From Oikopleura dioica (Eukaryota > Animalia > Chordata), in the NCBI GenBank assembly GCA_907165135.1, contig OU015569.1, positions 3,224,001 through 3,288,000 of the forward strand: a stretch of 64,000 bases of DNA, in the 5' to 3' direction. The translations under genes and the position numbers were made by a program. Of this stretch, positions 23,792 to 37,369 are shown piece after piece (position 1 is the stretch's first letter; every line of letters begins with the position of its first letter). Under the pieces are notes generated by a model. That model was not told where the DNA came from. It saw nothing but the letters and a program-made list of their open reading frames with translations, and searched no databases.

Positions 23792-26700
23792 ATGAAGCTG
23801 GACGATGTAGAGTGGTCAAATAATGTTGTCTTCTTGATTCACAATTCCCCCCGTGCGATTCTTCGCTGCCATGATAATTTCTGGTGTGGACTCGCGGAAA
23901 TCCAGCTGGCGAATTATGAGAACGCGGAGATGCGACTCGAACAAGTGGCGAAAGAAGATCCTAACTATTTGGGAGCGTTGTTTCTTCAGCAGCAACTTTG
24001 TCGCACTGAGCCGTCTGAGCGAAACCAGACAAGGTACAAAGAATTAGACGGAGAAATAAAATCTCTCCGAAACGGTGCATCTTCAATCGAACTTGAATTC
24101 GCGGCCATTGCTCAGTACGCTATTGGAAAGCCCGGAAAAGCGGCAGAATACCTGGACAAGTCGCTAAAACGACATGGAATCGATCAAAGAACGCTAGCTC
24201 TTCGATGCGCTGTTGAATCGAAGGCTGACAAGATGGACAGCCTACTTGAACAGATTCCTGAAGATACCAACTGCGCGCTGGGACAATATTACCTTGCTGA
24301 GAAATTGCTTCGTGCTCGTCAACACACCAGAGCTCAGACGTTAACTGAAAACATGTTGCAGGCGAACTCTAGTTGCTCATTAGCCCATGTGCAGATGGTC
24401 AAAGCCGCCTTTGGTGTTCAGGACTGGGATGTCGTTAACTCTTCCTCCTCTTGGTTGATCTCAGTGATTCCACAGTTCTGGGACGGATACATGTATCTCG
24501 CACTGGAATCCCTTCTTACCACTGGTTCAGAAACAGCAGCTGCAGACAGACTTGAATCAATGCTCTCAAATGCAGGCGAAACCTTTCCAAAAGCTATCTC
24601 TTTTGCCCGTTTACTTGTGAGAACTGTTGGCCAAAGTAAAGTACTCTCGCCACAAATTGAAAAGATGCTTGCCAAGTGTGCAGACTCGGCCGATGCGAAG
24701 ACTGTTCGGGGAGACTACTATCTGCTCAAAGGAAATGTCAGAAAAGCAAAAGAATGTTATAACGAGGCACTGTCTATGGACTCGGGGAATCCTGGAGCGT
24801 TTGTCGGTGTTGTTTGGTGTTGGCTCAGGCTTGGAGACAGACGACGGGCAAAACAACAATTGGATATGGCGGGAGCAATTCCAGAAGACAAAAGGAAACA
24901 GTTACCAGAACTGCATCTGCTTGAAGTTGAGCTTGGAATCGTGGCAAATAAATTTGATGCCCTAAAGACCGCGACAGTTGAGATAACTAAAAATCTAGCA
25001 GGCCGCGCCTATGATCTTTCATTGCTAGAGGAGCTGAACCCAAACTTATGTCTCGAGATTCTCAAGTGCTACATGAAACTCATCGATAAAGAAGAAGTAA
25101 GGACTGCAGCGAAGCTTCCCAACCACGTTAAACGAGCAGAACGATTACTAACCGTTGTCAAAAACGCTGTCGGTGGTCTTACACCTGTCAAAGTTGTCGA
25201 TGCAGAGTTCAAATGTATGATTGGAAAGTTTGAAGATGCTGAGGAAGTGCTGAGGCGAATGGTGCCGGGATCTGACGTTTATCTTCTCCAAGCAAAAGTG
25301 GCTAATGAGCGTGCCGATCCAGACAGTGCGCGACGTCTATTAGACTCCGCTTTGGCTGCAGATTATAACTTTGGTGAGCACTGCCCTTATCAGCTTGTGG
25401 CCGCGGAGACTGCCATGCTGAAAAATAATTTTGGAGAGGCTATTAAGCTGCTCAACAAAGCCCTTGCATCTGGAAATCTGACAGAGAATGAGTCCGTCGC
25501 TGCGAATTTGAAGCTTTCAGAAGCATTTCGTAGAAATGGCCAAGCGAATGAATCTTCGAACGTTATGGAAAAGATCGAAAAAGACTTTTCTTCCGCTTCA
25601 GCAGTTGCAGCAAAACTTGCCCTTTCAAAAGCCGAACAGTTACTTGACGCGGGTAATGTTGAAGCTGCTATCGATACTTTAGAGAACGTGGCTTACGACA
25701 CAGCGGGAGCGTTTCAAGCGAAAGCGCGTCTCGCAGAAATCTATCTAGTTCAACGCCGTAACGAAGAACGCTATCTGACTGTATTCCGGGACATTTGCCA
25801 CAATAGGCCTGGTGAATTCGAGCCTCTTGTTGCCTTCGCGGATTCATTAATGCGCGTCAATAGAATAGACGATGCAGTAAGAACATATGAGGCGGCGTTG
25901 AGACTGAAGAAGACTGATACCGCGCTTCAAGTCAAAATTGGACAGGCAATGGCAATCACTCATGATTACTCCGGCGCTATATCATACTACAGGAACGCGG
26001 TGAATGCTATAATTTTAACTATTTTATAAACTATGTATATGCATACCATTGTTTTCATCACGACTAAGAAAGAGCCTTGTCTCCAGCGAATGCGGAGGAC
26101 TGCGTCTTGAACTCGCAGATCTTTTTGTGCGACTTGGACAAATCGAGGATGCGATTGCTACCCTGGAAGAAGCGTACGACGACCCAACTATTGACAAAAT
26201 GCTCCAAGCTCGTTGCTACTACAAACACGCGGACATTCTTGCAGAGGACTATAAAACCGATGAAGCTCTTCAAAAATTGGCAAAAGCAAAGAATCTTTTA
26301 GGGACTTGTGATTAATTTTCTTGCATTTCACCCAAGATGTGTCTAATAAATTAACCATGATAAAAGACGAGGCGATCAAGAATAATGTCGAGGGCGCGCG
26401 GGACCTGTCAATAGAGATCCATCTCAAGATCGGTGACTTGGCAAGGGAGCGTGACGATGCGGATAACGCGGTGAAGTTCTATTCTCGCGCAAAGACAATC
26501 TCGCCAGGCTCTGCCTCAGCTAATCAAGCAACACTAAAACTGGCAGATGCTTATAGACTCAAGGGAGATCTTACATCGGCCCAAGGAAAAGGTTGAAGAT
26601 AATTACAAATTGTTTAATGTTGCGCAATTTTATTTATTCAAAAATAATAATCAGGTGATCCACGGGTAAGAAATCGCCCCATTTTTCTCTTGGTGAAGCC

Positions 26701-28600
26701 GGTTTTGGAGCCACCTCTAATTGAATGAGTTTTATACATTTATGAAAGTTCCATGAAAGATTACTTATTGTTTAGCGAGACATTTAGTGAATTATATAAA
26801 TTAATAAAATTCTGCGGGTAATTATGTCAATTTAATTTAAGTACCTCAAGCTGTTCATAAATGCAGTAAAGAAGCTTTGTCTCTTGTAAAGTCTAGGCTG
26901 GTCCAGAGACCACATAGACTCTGCGCTTGCGAACGCGTAAATAAAAATAAATACACTTCCAAAATTCATGTTTCTGAATATTTCAATTTTGTTGACTCTT
27001 TATAATTGATAGAGAAAGACGCATCGGATGGCGCTCGTCATGTGCCCCTAGGTGCGTGTATGTGTTTTCACCCTTGTAAAAGCGGTTCTTTCTAAGCTGT
27101 TGGACAGTGATGTGGCAAGTCAGGCACAGTCTATGATAGCAGATGTTATTTGTGATACTGGAAACATTCAAGGGGCCATTCAGGTAAAATATGAATCAAG
27201 TTTTGATTGCTAAATTAGAAAGCTTTCTCTTGGAACGGAGCTTCAGCTGCATGCTCTCTTCCTTCCAATAATACTAGTGAAGTTAGCATAGCTAATAGAA
27301 TATCTATTTTATATTTTTTCAGCTAACAGTCCTTATAAATAAGTCTAGCATTTTAAACGACTCTTCGAAGGTGGAAGAGACCAATGGGGAATACTCGGAC
27401 GAATGATGCCATTGTTACATCGAAATAGACAACTCGATTTAGCTCAACAGGAACATGGAGCACAGAAAATAGACAGCCTGACATGTCTAGCATATCTTAT
27501 TCCTAATGAGAGTCTTATATGAACTTATATGATCAGCCCATCATAAAGTATATGAAACAAATCAAAGAAAACAGCAGTCCTGCGGCAAAAGCATACTGCT
27601 TCGGGATGCTGGATGGGTACCAACTCCGCACTAAGTCCGCAATAGACCATTTGCTACAGGCGAAGCGCAGTCCCCGCTGGAGAACGCAAGCGATTCATGC
27701 GATCATTGACATCGCCCTTGGTAAGTGTATTGGAAAATTTTGAATGATTGATGAGCAATTATTGTGAAGGTCTTGAAAGTGAGGAGCTGAACATGGATGA
27801 AGGCGCGGTTTACATTTGTAAGCGGCTTTTGTACGAACTACCGCAAAACGATCTGGAAACTAAACTATATGAGAATTGGGTGCTACTTGCCAACAACGAT
27901 CTCAATGATGGAATAAAAGTATGAATAGCTGTCAATTGGTTAATTTAAGAATATCTCTTGTTTACATAGGCATAATTGAGTTGTCTTGAACTTATCTGAT
28001 TTAAGGGTTTCCAAGCACTGGATAGAAAGTGTCACGTCGCCTCGCTAACAGGTTTCTTTCTTACTTAAACTCGTTGAAGAAAACATTAATTCAGGTTCTT
28101 GCGCTGGTTTAATTATGCAGGGCAATGGCAAGATTGCTAAAAATCAGCTTGTTAGTGTCTTATCAACGCCGTATACTATGAAAGTGGCAAAACACCTGCA
28201 AAAGGCACGACTTTTATTAGGTGAATATTGAACTTCAATAGTTTTTATTAGTGTTCGCTTAGGTCAGGAACTGATTAACTCCGGGAAGCCGGCAAAGGCT
28301 CGTGAAGAGCTAGAAAAAATTCTAGAGAAGAACCGCGGCTGTTGGCGTGCAATGGAACTCCGTGGAATTACTTTCGAAATGGAAAAAAATTACGAGGAAG
28401 CAATGAAAAGTTTCGAATACGGCTGGAAAATGTGCAGCCGTAACAACCCAGCTATCGGCTTTCGTCTGGCCCAAATTTACCCAAAAGTCGACCAGCCGAT
28501 TAAGAGTATTCCTATCTGCCACTATATAAAGAAAAATTTCCCTGATTATCCTCAGATAGATGAAATCTTGGACGCCGCTCTTTATCAAGTTAGACATTGA
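23792..28600 (+). CDS. TTC21B: TPR protein TTC21/IFT139 (IFT-A), multi-exon
   Basis: A long TPR array. The terminal exon NNPAIGFRLAQIY...ICH...PDYPQI matches the TTC21 C-terminus. Internal exons are only partly resolved. Confidence 0.88.
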
Positions 28601-29725
28601 AGAAACAACCTCCACTTTTATACTGTCATTTTATTTTAACGCTCTGTCATCCCTTTTCTACGATCATAGTTTTACTACTTTTATACTCATCAAGATATTT
28701 TTCTACGAATAAATGGATACTTTTCTTTGTATCTTGACAACGACAAAGTAAACTATTGTTACACGATTGGTCTCATTTATGGAGGCTCATCCGGTACTTG
28801 ATTTACTTTGTATTCCTTGCTTACATAACTGTTAAGGCATATTTTATTTACAGCAGCTATACCGTGAGTGAATACTCGTAGCCGGGCAGGAAGTGTATTT
28901 TATTAAGCCGGGTACTCGAAAGATTCAGTAATTTCGCCAAGCCAGGTGTCGTTACTCTCATTTTATATTCCCGTCGGGTGATGAATATGCACTTTCGGAG
29001 GCTTTCGAAGTCGCTTTTGTATATTATTCAGGTACGGGCTATTCATATATTTCTTGTATAAGGCTCGCATTTAATATATCATGTTTTTCAATTGATTTGA
29101 AATCCTCATCAAAATGATCATTGCAAAGCAGCACGTCGTTACGGTTAGGCCATATGGAATTGAAAAGTAAGCTGGCGTCTTATTCGCTTAATTTAATTTC
29201 GGTTATCAGACACACTTACTTATTCACTTACTTGTCCACGTGAAAAAAACAACAATAAATGTAATAGGTATTGCAAAAAGAAGACAGAATAGCATGAATA
29301 TTTTCTTCACGAACTCAAACTCCTGAAATATAATCGTAATATATATTTGCTTTTCCTAATCGTGAAAACATGCGAATAAACAATTTTGAATAATCGGTTC
29401 TACACCTGAAGAAGATATTTCATAAGCTCGGGGGTCATCTCTTTTCTCTTCTTTCTACTTCACACTAATACTGGAATTTTAAAAAGGAATTGCATACTCC
29501 GAATAGGGCATGGCCACATCTTCCATGTATTAAATTTTTGATTAGATTACTTGATTGCGGTTAGAGCATCTTCTTCCGAAGCTACTCAGTTTGGATGAAG
29601 TGAAACTTTGTTTTGATGCTCAGATAAAGCCTTTGACTTGTAAAAAAGTTCAATTTATTCAAACCAACCGGATTATGTTAGCTTTTGTCGTGAGGAAAGT
29701 GCAGTATCGCAAGAATAAAAAATTT

Positions 29726-30649
29726 TTAAAGACAGGAACAGTCTGAGATTCTGGAAAAATAGGACCAGACATTCGTCTCCAAAGTAGATCCGGTTCGTTG
29801 AAAGATTCGTTCTGGTGAGTTTTTGAGATGATTAGCATACCAGCATTTGGCTTGCAAACGGCAATTTCGTCGAGAGTTGGATGAATCTGTAGGCTTAGAT
29901 AAATCCGGACAGACAGCTTAATTTTTCTGTGTTATTATCCCTTTTCAAGGTAAATAAATCTTACGTTCACAGAAGTTTAATTTTCCTCGTCTTCTGTCAT
30001 GACAATTTATGCCGCCTTCCCAACCGAGAATATTGTACTTCTCGCCAAATTCAATTCTCGCAAGTTCTGGATTACAGTCGCCGACGACGATTTCTGCTCC
30101 GCCGCCGGACTCAGCTGAGCAGGGGCACGTGATCACTTCTCCGTTAAGAATATTCAAATTCGAAACCGTAGGTGATCTGAACTGAGCATTTACGTCGATC
30201 AGGTTGTTTCCAAAGTTGTAGCCATCAATGAAGGTAATCCAGTAGTAAAACTTTCCCTCGTATTCCCGAACAAATTGAACGTCCTTTGCTGGGCCAGCGA
30301 TCGTTATGAAGGTCAGATTCTCGTTGAACGAAAGATAGAGCTTGTCGTTTTCATTGGTGTTGAAATGTGTTCCCGCTGGTACTTGAGTCAGGTCAACCTT
30401 TATTACGTTCTTGAATCAAATTTTTATCTAAAAAAGATTTTCGTTCGAATTTCAAAAATCTCGCTCCTCTCGCATCTCTTCGATATATAACGTATCCTGA
30501 ATTCTCACATTGAAGCAATCCTTGCAAGCCCAAGAGTTCGTAAATTGAACGCCTCCAGGAACAGCTTCACAAGTGTAACTTTCTCCTTCGACACAAGCCT
30601 GCACTCTGCTCGCGACAAAAGCGGTGAAAAGAGATTTGAAAAATTTCAT
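29726..30649 (-). CDS. Secreted Cys-containing orphan protein, 3 exons
   Basis: Signal-like MKFFKSLFTAFVASRVQA, then CVEGESYTCE.... The middle exon is open over ~29960-30395. Last exon VCPDLSKP...SDCSCL*. Confidence 0.6.
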
Positions 30650-31059
30650 TTTAGCAAGTTTCGCACTTTTAAAATTCAATTTTCAATAAAAGGGACACCT
30701 CCGTAATCTAATAAATTAAACGCTGGGTTGCTGCTTTTTATAAGATCTGGAAAAACCGCAGAGTTTATCTTGTTCGACGGGACTAAGAAATTTAACATAC
30801 GATGTACATACGACTTAAAAATGTTCGGAATTAGCGTTGTAAGTCTGTTAGGTTTATTTGGAGCGCCGCGAGATTTCCAAACAGAAAAATCCAAAATTTC
30901 AAGAGATATGCAAGCAAATCTCTTAACATGTCTCTATATTTGCGGAATCTTTATTGACCTTTCGTAATTTTTATAAACACGAATGTTTATCAAAAAGAAA
31001 CCAGCCCGGTCGGCGGTTTCATCAAAATAGCTGTCTAGTTCACTTGAACCAATTTTTCG

Positions 31060-33098
31060 ATGAAAAATTTTAAGAGATCTAGCTCATGGCTTGCGACATT
31101 GCCGAAGAATTTTCAGGGATCAAATCCTGGTAAATCATTCAGGCTACATCAGTCTAGTTAACATTGATTCTCGATGAAAGTTAAATTCAGCAAAGCCACT
31201 GATAAGTGCACCAGACGAATTGAAAAGGAAAAAATACGACGCTTTGGTCGTTGGTGCTGGTCATAATGGGCTCATTGCAGCGACATATCTCGCGAAGAAA
31301 GGAAAAAAAGTCGCTGTGATCGAGAAGCGGCACATGATCGGTGGAGCAGCTGTGACTGAGGAACTACTTCCTGGGTTCCATTTTTCTCGGGCGAGTTATC
31401 TTATGGCTCTCCTCAGGCCAGAAATCATTCAAGAGCTCGATCTTGTCAAACATGGACTCAAGTGGTTTGTCAGAGAGCCTCATGCCTTTACTCCACTGAG
31501 AGATGATGATAGATTTTTGTTACTAGGTACTGGCTAATAATAAAAACTACATGTATCAATTTGAAAGGTTCTGATGCCAAAGCGAATTGTGATTCAATTG
31601 CGCAGTTTTCAAAGAAAGACGCAAAAATATATGACCAGTACAATAATGAAATGGAAAAACTCGGTAAATATGAGATAAGAACTTAAAAAAATTATAAAAT
31701 TAAAGCTGATGCTATCACACATCTCATGACAGCCATGCCTCCAGATGAGAGATCAAGGTTGGGGGAGAACATAAAAACCGGAAAGCAAATGTACAAAATG
31801 GGAAGAGAGCTTGATTGGGACTTTTCGCTTTTGCACAAAGTTGCGACCGCCCCAATGAGCAAGATTCTCGACCAGTGGTTTGACTCTGAGCCACTAAAAG
31901 CTTGCTTGGCGACTGATGCTGTTATCGGAGCAATGCTCAGTCCGCATACTCCTGGATCGGGTTATGTGTTACTTCATCACGTAATGGGAGGCGTCGAAGG
32001 ACACAAGGTGAGATTTCATTTAACTATTATACATAATTGATTAAATTCTCCGTGAAGTAGTAGACTGGGATTTAATTTAATCTGGAACATCATTTAGGGC
32101 GCTTGGGCATATGTTGAAGGCGGAATGGGAGGAGTATCACTAGCTATTGCTAAAGCACTCAAAGAAGCTGGCGGAGACATTTACACTGAAACACCAGTAT
32201 CTTCTATAAATGTCAGCAATGGCAAAGCCAACTCACTTACCTTACATGATGGGTCGATTGTAAGAAAATTCATACAAAGCAAAAAACAAATTTTCAAGGT
32301 TTCTGCGTCGAAGATTCTAGCAAATACAACTCCAAAAGTTACTTACGAGCATTTGATGTCTGAAAAAGATCTTCCGTCTGGATTTCTAAGTGATATAAAA
32401 GGCATTGACTACACATCTCCAGTGACGAAACTCAACATCGCTGTGGACAAATTACCATCTTTCAAATGCACGCCACACTCGGGAAATACCCCAGGCCCTC
32501 ATCATTTCACAACAATCCACATGAACTGTGAAAGTATGGCAGAAATAGACAGGTGATATCATATCTGACATATCAGTTTTTAAATTATGGTAGAGCGTAC
32601 ATGGAATGTGCGACAACAGGCCGACCATCGAGAAACCCGATCATCGAGATGACTATTCCATCTGTCCTGGACAAAACCCTTGCACCCGAAGGCTCCCACA
32701 CAATCGGGCTCTTCACTCAGTACTCGCCCATCACTTTTGACGGGAAGAAATGGACTGACGAGCAAAGAGAGAACTACACCGAGAGATTGTTTTCAGTCAT
32801 TGAAGATTATGCACCAGGCTTTAAAGATTCAGTTCTGGGTGTCGACGTCCTGGTAAAAATAACGCCATTTTATTGCTCTACCTTCTTTAAGACGCCGCAA
32901 GATATCGAGGAGCAAATCGGTCTTACAGGAGGAAACATTTTTCACGGTGCAATGGGTCTTGATCAGCTCTTCATAGGACGCCCCGGCTATCGATCCCCTA
33001 TTTCTGGGCTTTACTTGTGCGGATCTGGAGCGCATCCTGGAGGCGGAGTGATGGGACTCCCTGGGAAACATGCTGCTCTTGCTGCTCTTGCTGACTAG
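31060..33098 (+). CDS. PYROXD2: Pyridine nucleotide-disulfide oxidoreductase domain 2 (phytoene-desaturase-like FAD oxidoreductase), multi-exon
   Basis: [88 protein letters not shown]. The start is inferred. Confidence 0.95.
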
Positions 33099-33229
33099 TT
33101 CATTTAAATTTGCTGAAGGCGCATTGAATTGAAATTTATTCTCTTTGACGATTAATTGAAAAAGTAGTTTGTAGATCTTCGCGGTCTGAAATAATGTAGA
33201 TTTTTAACTAAAGCTAGAAATCATGTTTA

Positions 33230-34179
33230 TACTACATGAGACGATGCTGGTTAAGTTTTGCGGATTTCATGGCGTCGACCGCAACATAATTCGGGATTTG
33301 GGTTTCTTTGTTCGCGGAAACATCTTCAAGTAAAACGTTTATATGTTCTTCAACTCTGTATATAAAACTTAGTCAAAATTACCGTTTTTGAAAGGTCGGC
33401 GAGTCGACTGAACAGTTACATACTGCCCGATCGGGTTTGCATCTGACGTACTCTTAGAAGCGCGCATTTATTTATTCATTTTATGCTTATTGATAATTAC
33501 CTTTGATGTGTGTCGACGAGAGTGATCGTTTCTCGTATTGATGCGGTTCAGTAAAGCTGCTGGCTCTCCGTAACCTAAAACAACGAAAAATCTCATTAAC
33601 AATATTCTTTTTTTTTCTAAACTTACTTAAACTCTGTGAGCGTTTTCCTTGCAGCCTAGCAATGTCGAAGGGGCTAACATAAATAGGACTAGATAAGCCG
33701 CCGTATTTACTGGAGCTTGGCATGTTCACTCGTGGCGATGGCCTGGGAGGAATAGGCGGAGGAGTGTTGTTCCTGGCGCTGCTAAAGTTCGTCGGAGTTG
33801 CCGGTGTCGAGTCGAGATTCGTGTAGATTGTACTTATGAAGGTAAAAACTGCTTCATTTTAATCTTGTCGAAAGTAATAAAAAGTTTCTCCTTTCCTTGT
33901 GACACCTAAGTTTCCATCTGTGATGGATCTTCGAAAAGTAGGTTGCTTCTTTATTGAAGGTAGAGGAGCTGGCGAGGTTGATGCTGACAGAGACTTTGAC
34001 GATCTGTGTCTCTTTTTCTTGTTCTCGCTCTCTTTTGAACTTGACCCCCGAATTTTCTTAGTCAGAGTCGAAAAAAATGACTTTTCTTTATTTTGGGCTT
34101 CTCGTTCTTTTTTTCGCTCTGGGTTTTTCGCATCTATTTCTTCTTGTAGAACTGTTATTGCCTGTAGTATGCTGTTCAT
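33230..34179 (-). CDS. Hypothetical Ser/Pro/Lys-rich multi-exon gene (boundaries uncertain)
   Basis: Open exon-like stretches 33859-34179 and 33487-33840 (PPPIPPRPSP) with donor sites. No family recognised. Confidence 0.45.
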
Positions 34180-35484
34180 CTTAAAAAGAGTAAATTTAAA
34201 ATGTACTTCCTTCTTACAAAACCAGTTGGATCGAATGGGGATGAAAAAAATCTAGGTCTGTTCATGGTCCCTATTTTCAAATGCTCTTTTTTGTGGGTTA
34301 AAATTTTTCGATTTAGGCACGGGCAGGTCCTGATCTTATAATGGCAAAAAGTCGCACCGGATTAGATTGTAATTTTACGTACTTTGTAAATTAATCCTCA
34401 ACAATAAGCCGCATTGTACCTAAATCCTCCCAAAATAAACGAGCATAGATCGCCTAAAGTTCATTTTGATAACAAGTTTAGGTGAAATGCAAAATTCCGA
34501 ATTTCGGACTTTAAGTTACGTTCAGCCGACTCAAAAATTGCATATAATTTTATCTGAAATACCTGAGAAGCCATGAGCTTGCGCTCGAGTTTCTGGTCAT
34601 TTTTGTGTGTCATGGTTCCTCTCACTCAACTGATGAAAAAATGATCTTGAAGAAGCGCCACAAATCTCCGTCCAAGGCCACTAAATCAATAATCCAGCTT
34701 CAAATGCTCTGAAATATTTCCTCTGACAACCCGTTGCGTAAATTGAGACTCATCAATTTCAAGTAAATCTTTAAAATGCTAGAATATATTCTAAATCAGA
34801 TGTCTACATGCATTTAAAATAGATCTAGGGGAATCAACCCAAACCATGACCCGAACCAAGCCTATGTTAGGGCTACGCCAAAGGTTGGGGTCGAACCCTG
34901 ACATAAATTTTCTCCTTGATTTTTATTCCCAAATTATAGTTGACATTTATTTACATCCCCTCATCCCGAGTCAGGAGGGTCCAATCTTATAACCGGTCTT
35001 GGACTGTCAAGAGTAAGACTGTCAACAAAAAAGCCCAGAAGAGATTCGGCGAAGAATCAACGAGTTTAGTCGCCAAAAGAATATGAAGGCAGCTCTTCTA
35101 CTGATGATGGAGAACTGTATGTGTTTTGATATGAAATGACACTTGGTGAATACTAATAAATATCCTAGCTAACAGCTAGAATCGACAGTCGAACCACAAA
35201 GGGGTTATCCTCTATGATTTTTCAATGATTCATGAACCATGATGAGGAATACCTTGTTTTTTGTACTCAATTATAGTCTATAATTTATAGAAAGAAAACA
35301 TTGAAGATTGAAGAAGTGAATTTAAATCAATAGATTTTTGTGTATAGATCAGAGAGTGCGCTGCAATTCATGAAGTATACGTCATTCTGATACTTTTTAC
35401 CAACTCTGGTATAGATATTATACCAGTAGGTAAGAAAGTTTTAATGGTTTTAGGCTAAAACTTTTAGCGAAGTCTGTTGGAGTC

Positions 35485-36161
35485 GGTTACACGACGTTTT
35501 CAGCATACCGACATTTTCAGCAACCGACGTTTTCAGCAAACCGACGAATTCAGCAGCGCTGAAAATGTCGGTATGCTGAAAACGTCGGTTTGCTGAAAAC
35601 GCCGTTTTTCACCTGAAAACGCGTGGGCGTTTGCAGTGACGAAATTTTCTAACCAAATGGATCTAAAGACGACGTTCTCGGAATTTTATTGGCTAATTAA
35701 AAGTTTAAAAGCATTTCTAAATGAGTCATTAGAAATTCATTATTTTGAAAAAGTAATAAGAAAAAGCCAAATATCTTTTTTAATACATAATTATCATAAT
35801 AATCATAGTCACCAGTTAGTTAACAGTATTAACGTATTATTCAGTTTCGTGAATATGCTGTTAAAAGATTGAAAATAATGATAAATCAATATTTAAAGGA
35901 GAAAAATAACAATTTTATTAAATATAATCTTTTGTAACTGACTAATTAATATTCAATCGATTTTATGTTATTTTACTATTTACGGGAATATCTTTTTCAG
36001 ATGAAATTTGATAAAATGGTTGCCTCTCTAAACGCCCACGCGTTTTCAGGTGAAAAACGACGTTTTCAGCAAACCGACGTTTTCAGCAAACCGACGAATT
36101 CAGCAGCGCTGAAAATGTCGATATGCTGAAAACGTGGGTATGCTGAAAACGTCGTGTAACC
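35485..36161. mobile_element. 677-bp foldback/MULE-like element with 9-bp TSD
   Basis: TSD GTTGGAGTC at 35476-35484 and 36162-36170. TIR GGTTACACGACGTTTTCAGCA. Arms of about 150 bp are built from CGACGTTTTCAGCA units around an AT-rich core. Confidence 0.9.
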
Positions 36162-36704
36162 GTTGGAGTCATTGTTTTTGTGGCTTCAAAAATAGACAGC
36201 ACACCAAAGCATCGGTTATATAATACGAATGGCGAGTGCTCATTGGTCGGTTCTTTTGAAGCGCGTTTCGTAGCGAAAATGTCCCATTTCACTTTTTCGA
36301 AGAGTAGAATCGCTTTCATCCTTTTTGAATTCCTTACAAGAGCTCAGCGCAGCAGCCAGACGACTTTTTAGTGAAAAAGAGGCACTTTCAGTTCGAGAAA
36401 AATGACCAAAATTGACGCAACAGGCTGGCGATTCGCGAAAAACGCGAACTCTCAAATCTTCCCTTTTTTGAGCCAACTTGTTACGTAACAACATCAGTTC
36501 GGACTTTCCTGTTAGATGATATTTACGATACGTTTTTTCTACCGATGTTTTATGAAAATTAGCATCTAAATCCGGATTTGACTAATATCTAGCGTAATTA
36601 TTTGTATTTAGTATCCTCGAATAAAAATAGGAATAACTTCCTTCGCAACTGAATATTCCCATATCACTCATTAATTTCAATTGTTAAGAATTTATTGCTT
36701 CAGA

Positions 36705-37369
36705 ATGTTTCGTCTTACAAATAAAGGCAGCCAGTCGCGTAAAAACCACAAAATCATAAATCAAACGACAAAAATATCGGAATCGGATCAAGCTATTCCA
36801 AAAAGCTCCCTCCAGCTTCAGATGGAAAAGCAAAGGTGAATGATTGAGCTGAATCGAGAGAGCTTTAACTTAGAATTAATGAAAGCTGGGGGTTTCCCTC
36901 AAGCGTATAATTCCGAAATTATCGGATAAGCCATTCACGAGTGCCATTTCGTAAATGATATTTTCCATAGGGAACTAGAAGAAAAGGCAAGGATAGAAGC
37001 AGAAGAAGCCAATCGAAAAATGCTAGAGCTGCAAGAACAGAAGAAAGCAGCCGCAGCGGCTGCCGTTCCAGTGGCTCCTGCTCAAGTCCCAACGTCGCCA
37101 GAATACTCGCTGAGTGATATGGAAGCTTACATTGCGAAGATGACAGAATACGTGAAACATATGCAAATGCTCGAACAAAGAAATTTGCTTTTGGAGAAGG
37201 AGAACTCAAGAATCCAAGAGGTAGATTCTATTTGAATCTTTCATTTGAAATTTTTAAACTTGCTTTTTAGGAAAATAATAATCTTCGACGCGAAATGGCC
37301 GAGCGTGTTCACATAAAGCCTGGCATCATCACAGCTCAAATTCAGAAGTCATTTCCGAATTACCAATAA
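36705..37369 (+). CDS. Small coiled-coil orphan protein, 4 exons
   Basis: ttcag|aATG, and GT-AG introns that keep the frame: MFRLTNK...MEKQR|ELEEKARIEAEE...RIQE|ENNNLRRE...NYQ*. Confidence 0.6.

Noticed and set aside
29040-29190. THAP-like fragment on the minus strand (W...LLCNDHFDED)
   Set aside because: Short, needs frameshifts, and has no N-terminal CxxC or linked transposase.
35490-35620. Short repeat arrays (also 48325-48445 and 17185-17372) as CRISPR
   Set aside because: There are no unique spacers, the units invert mid-array, and they lie in TSD-flanked TIRs of a eukaryotic genome.
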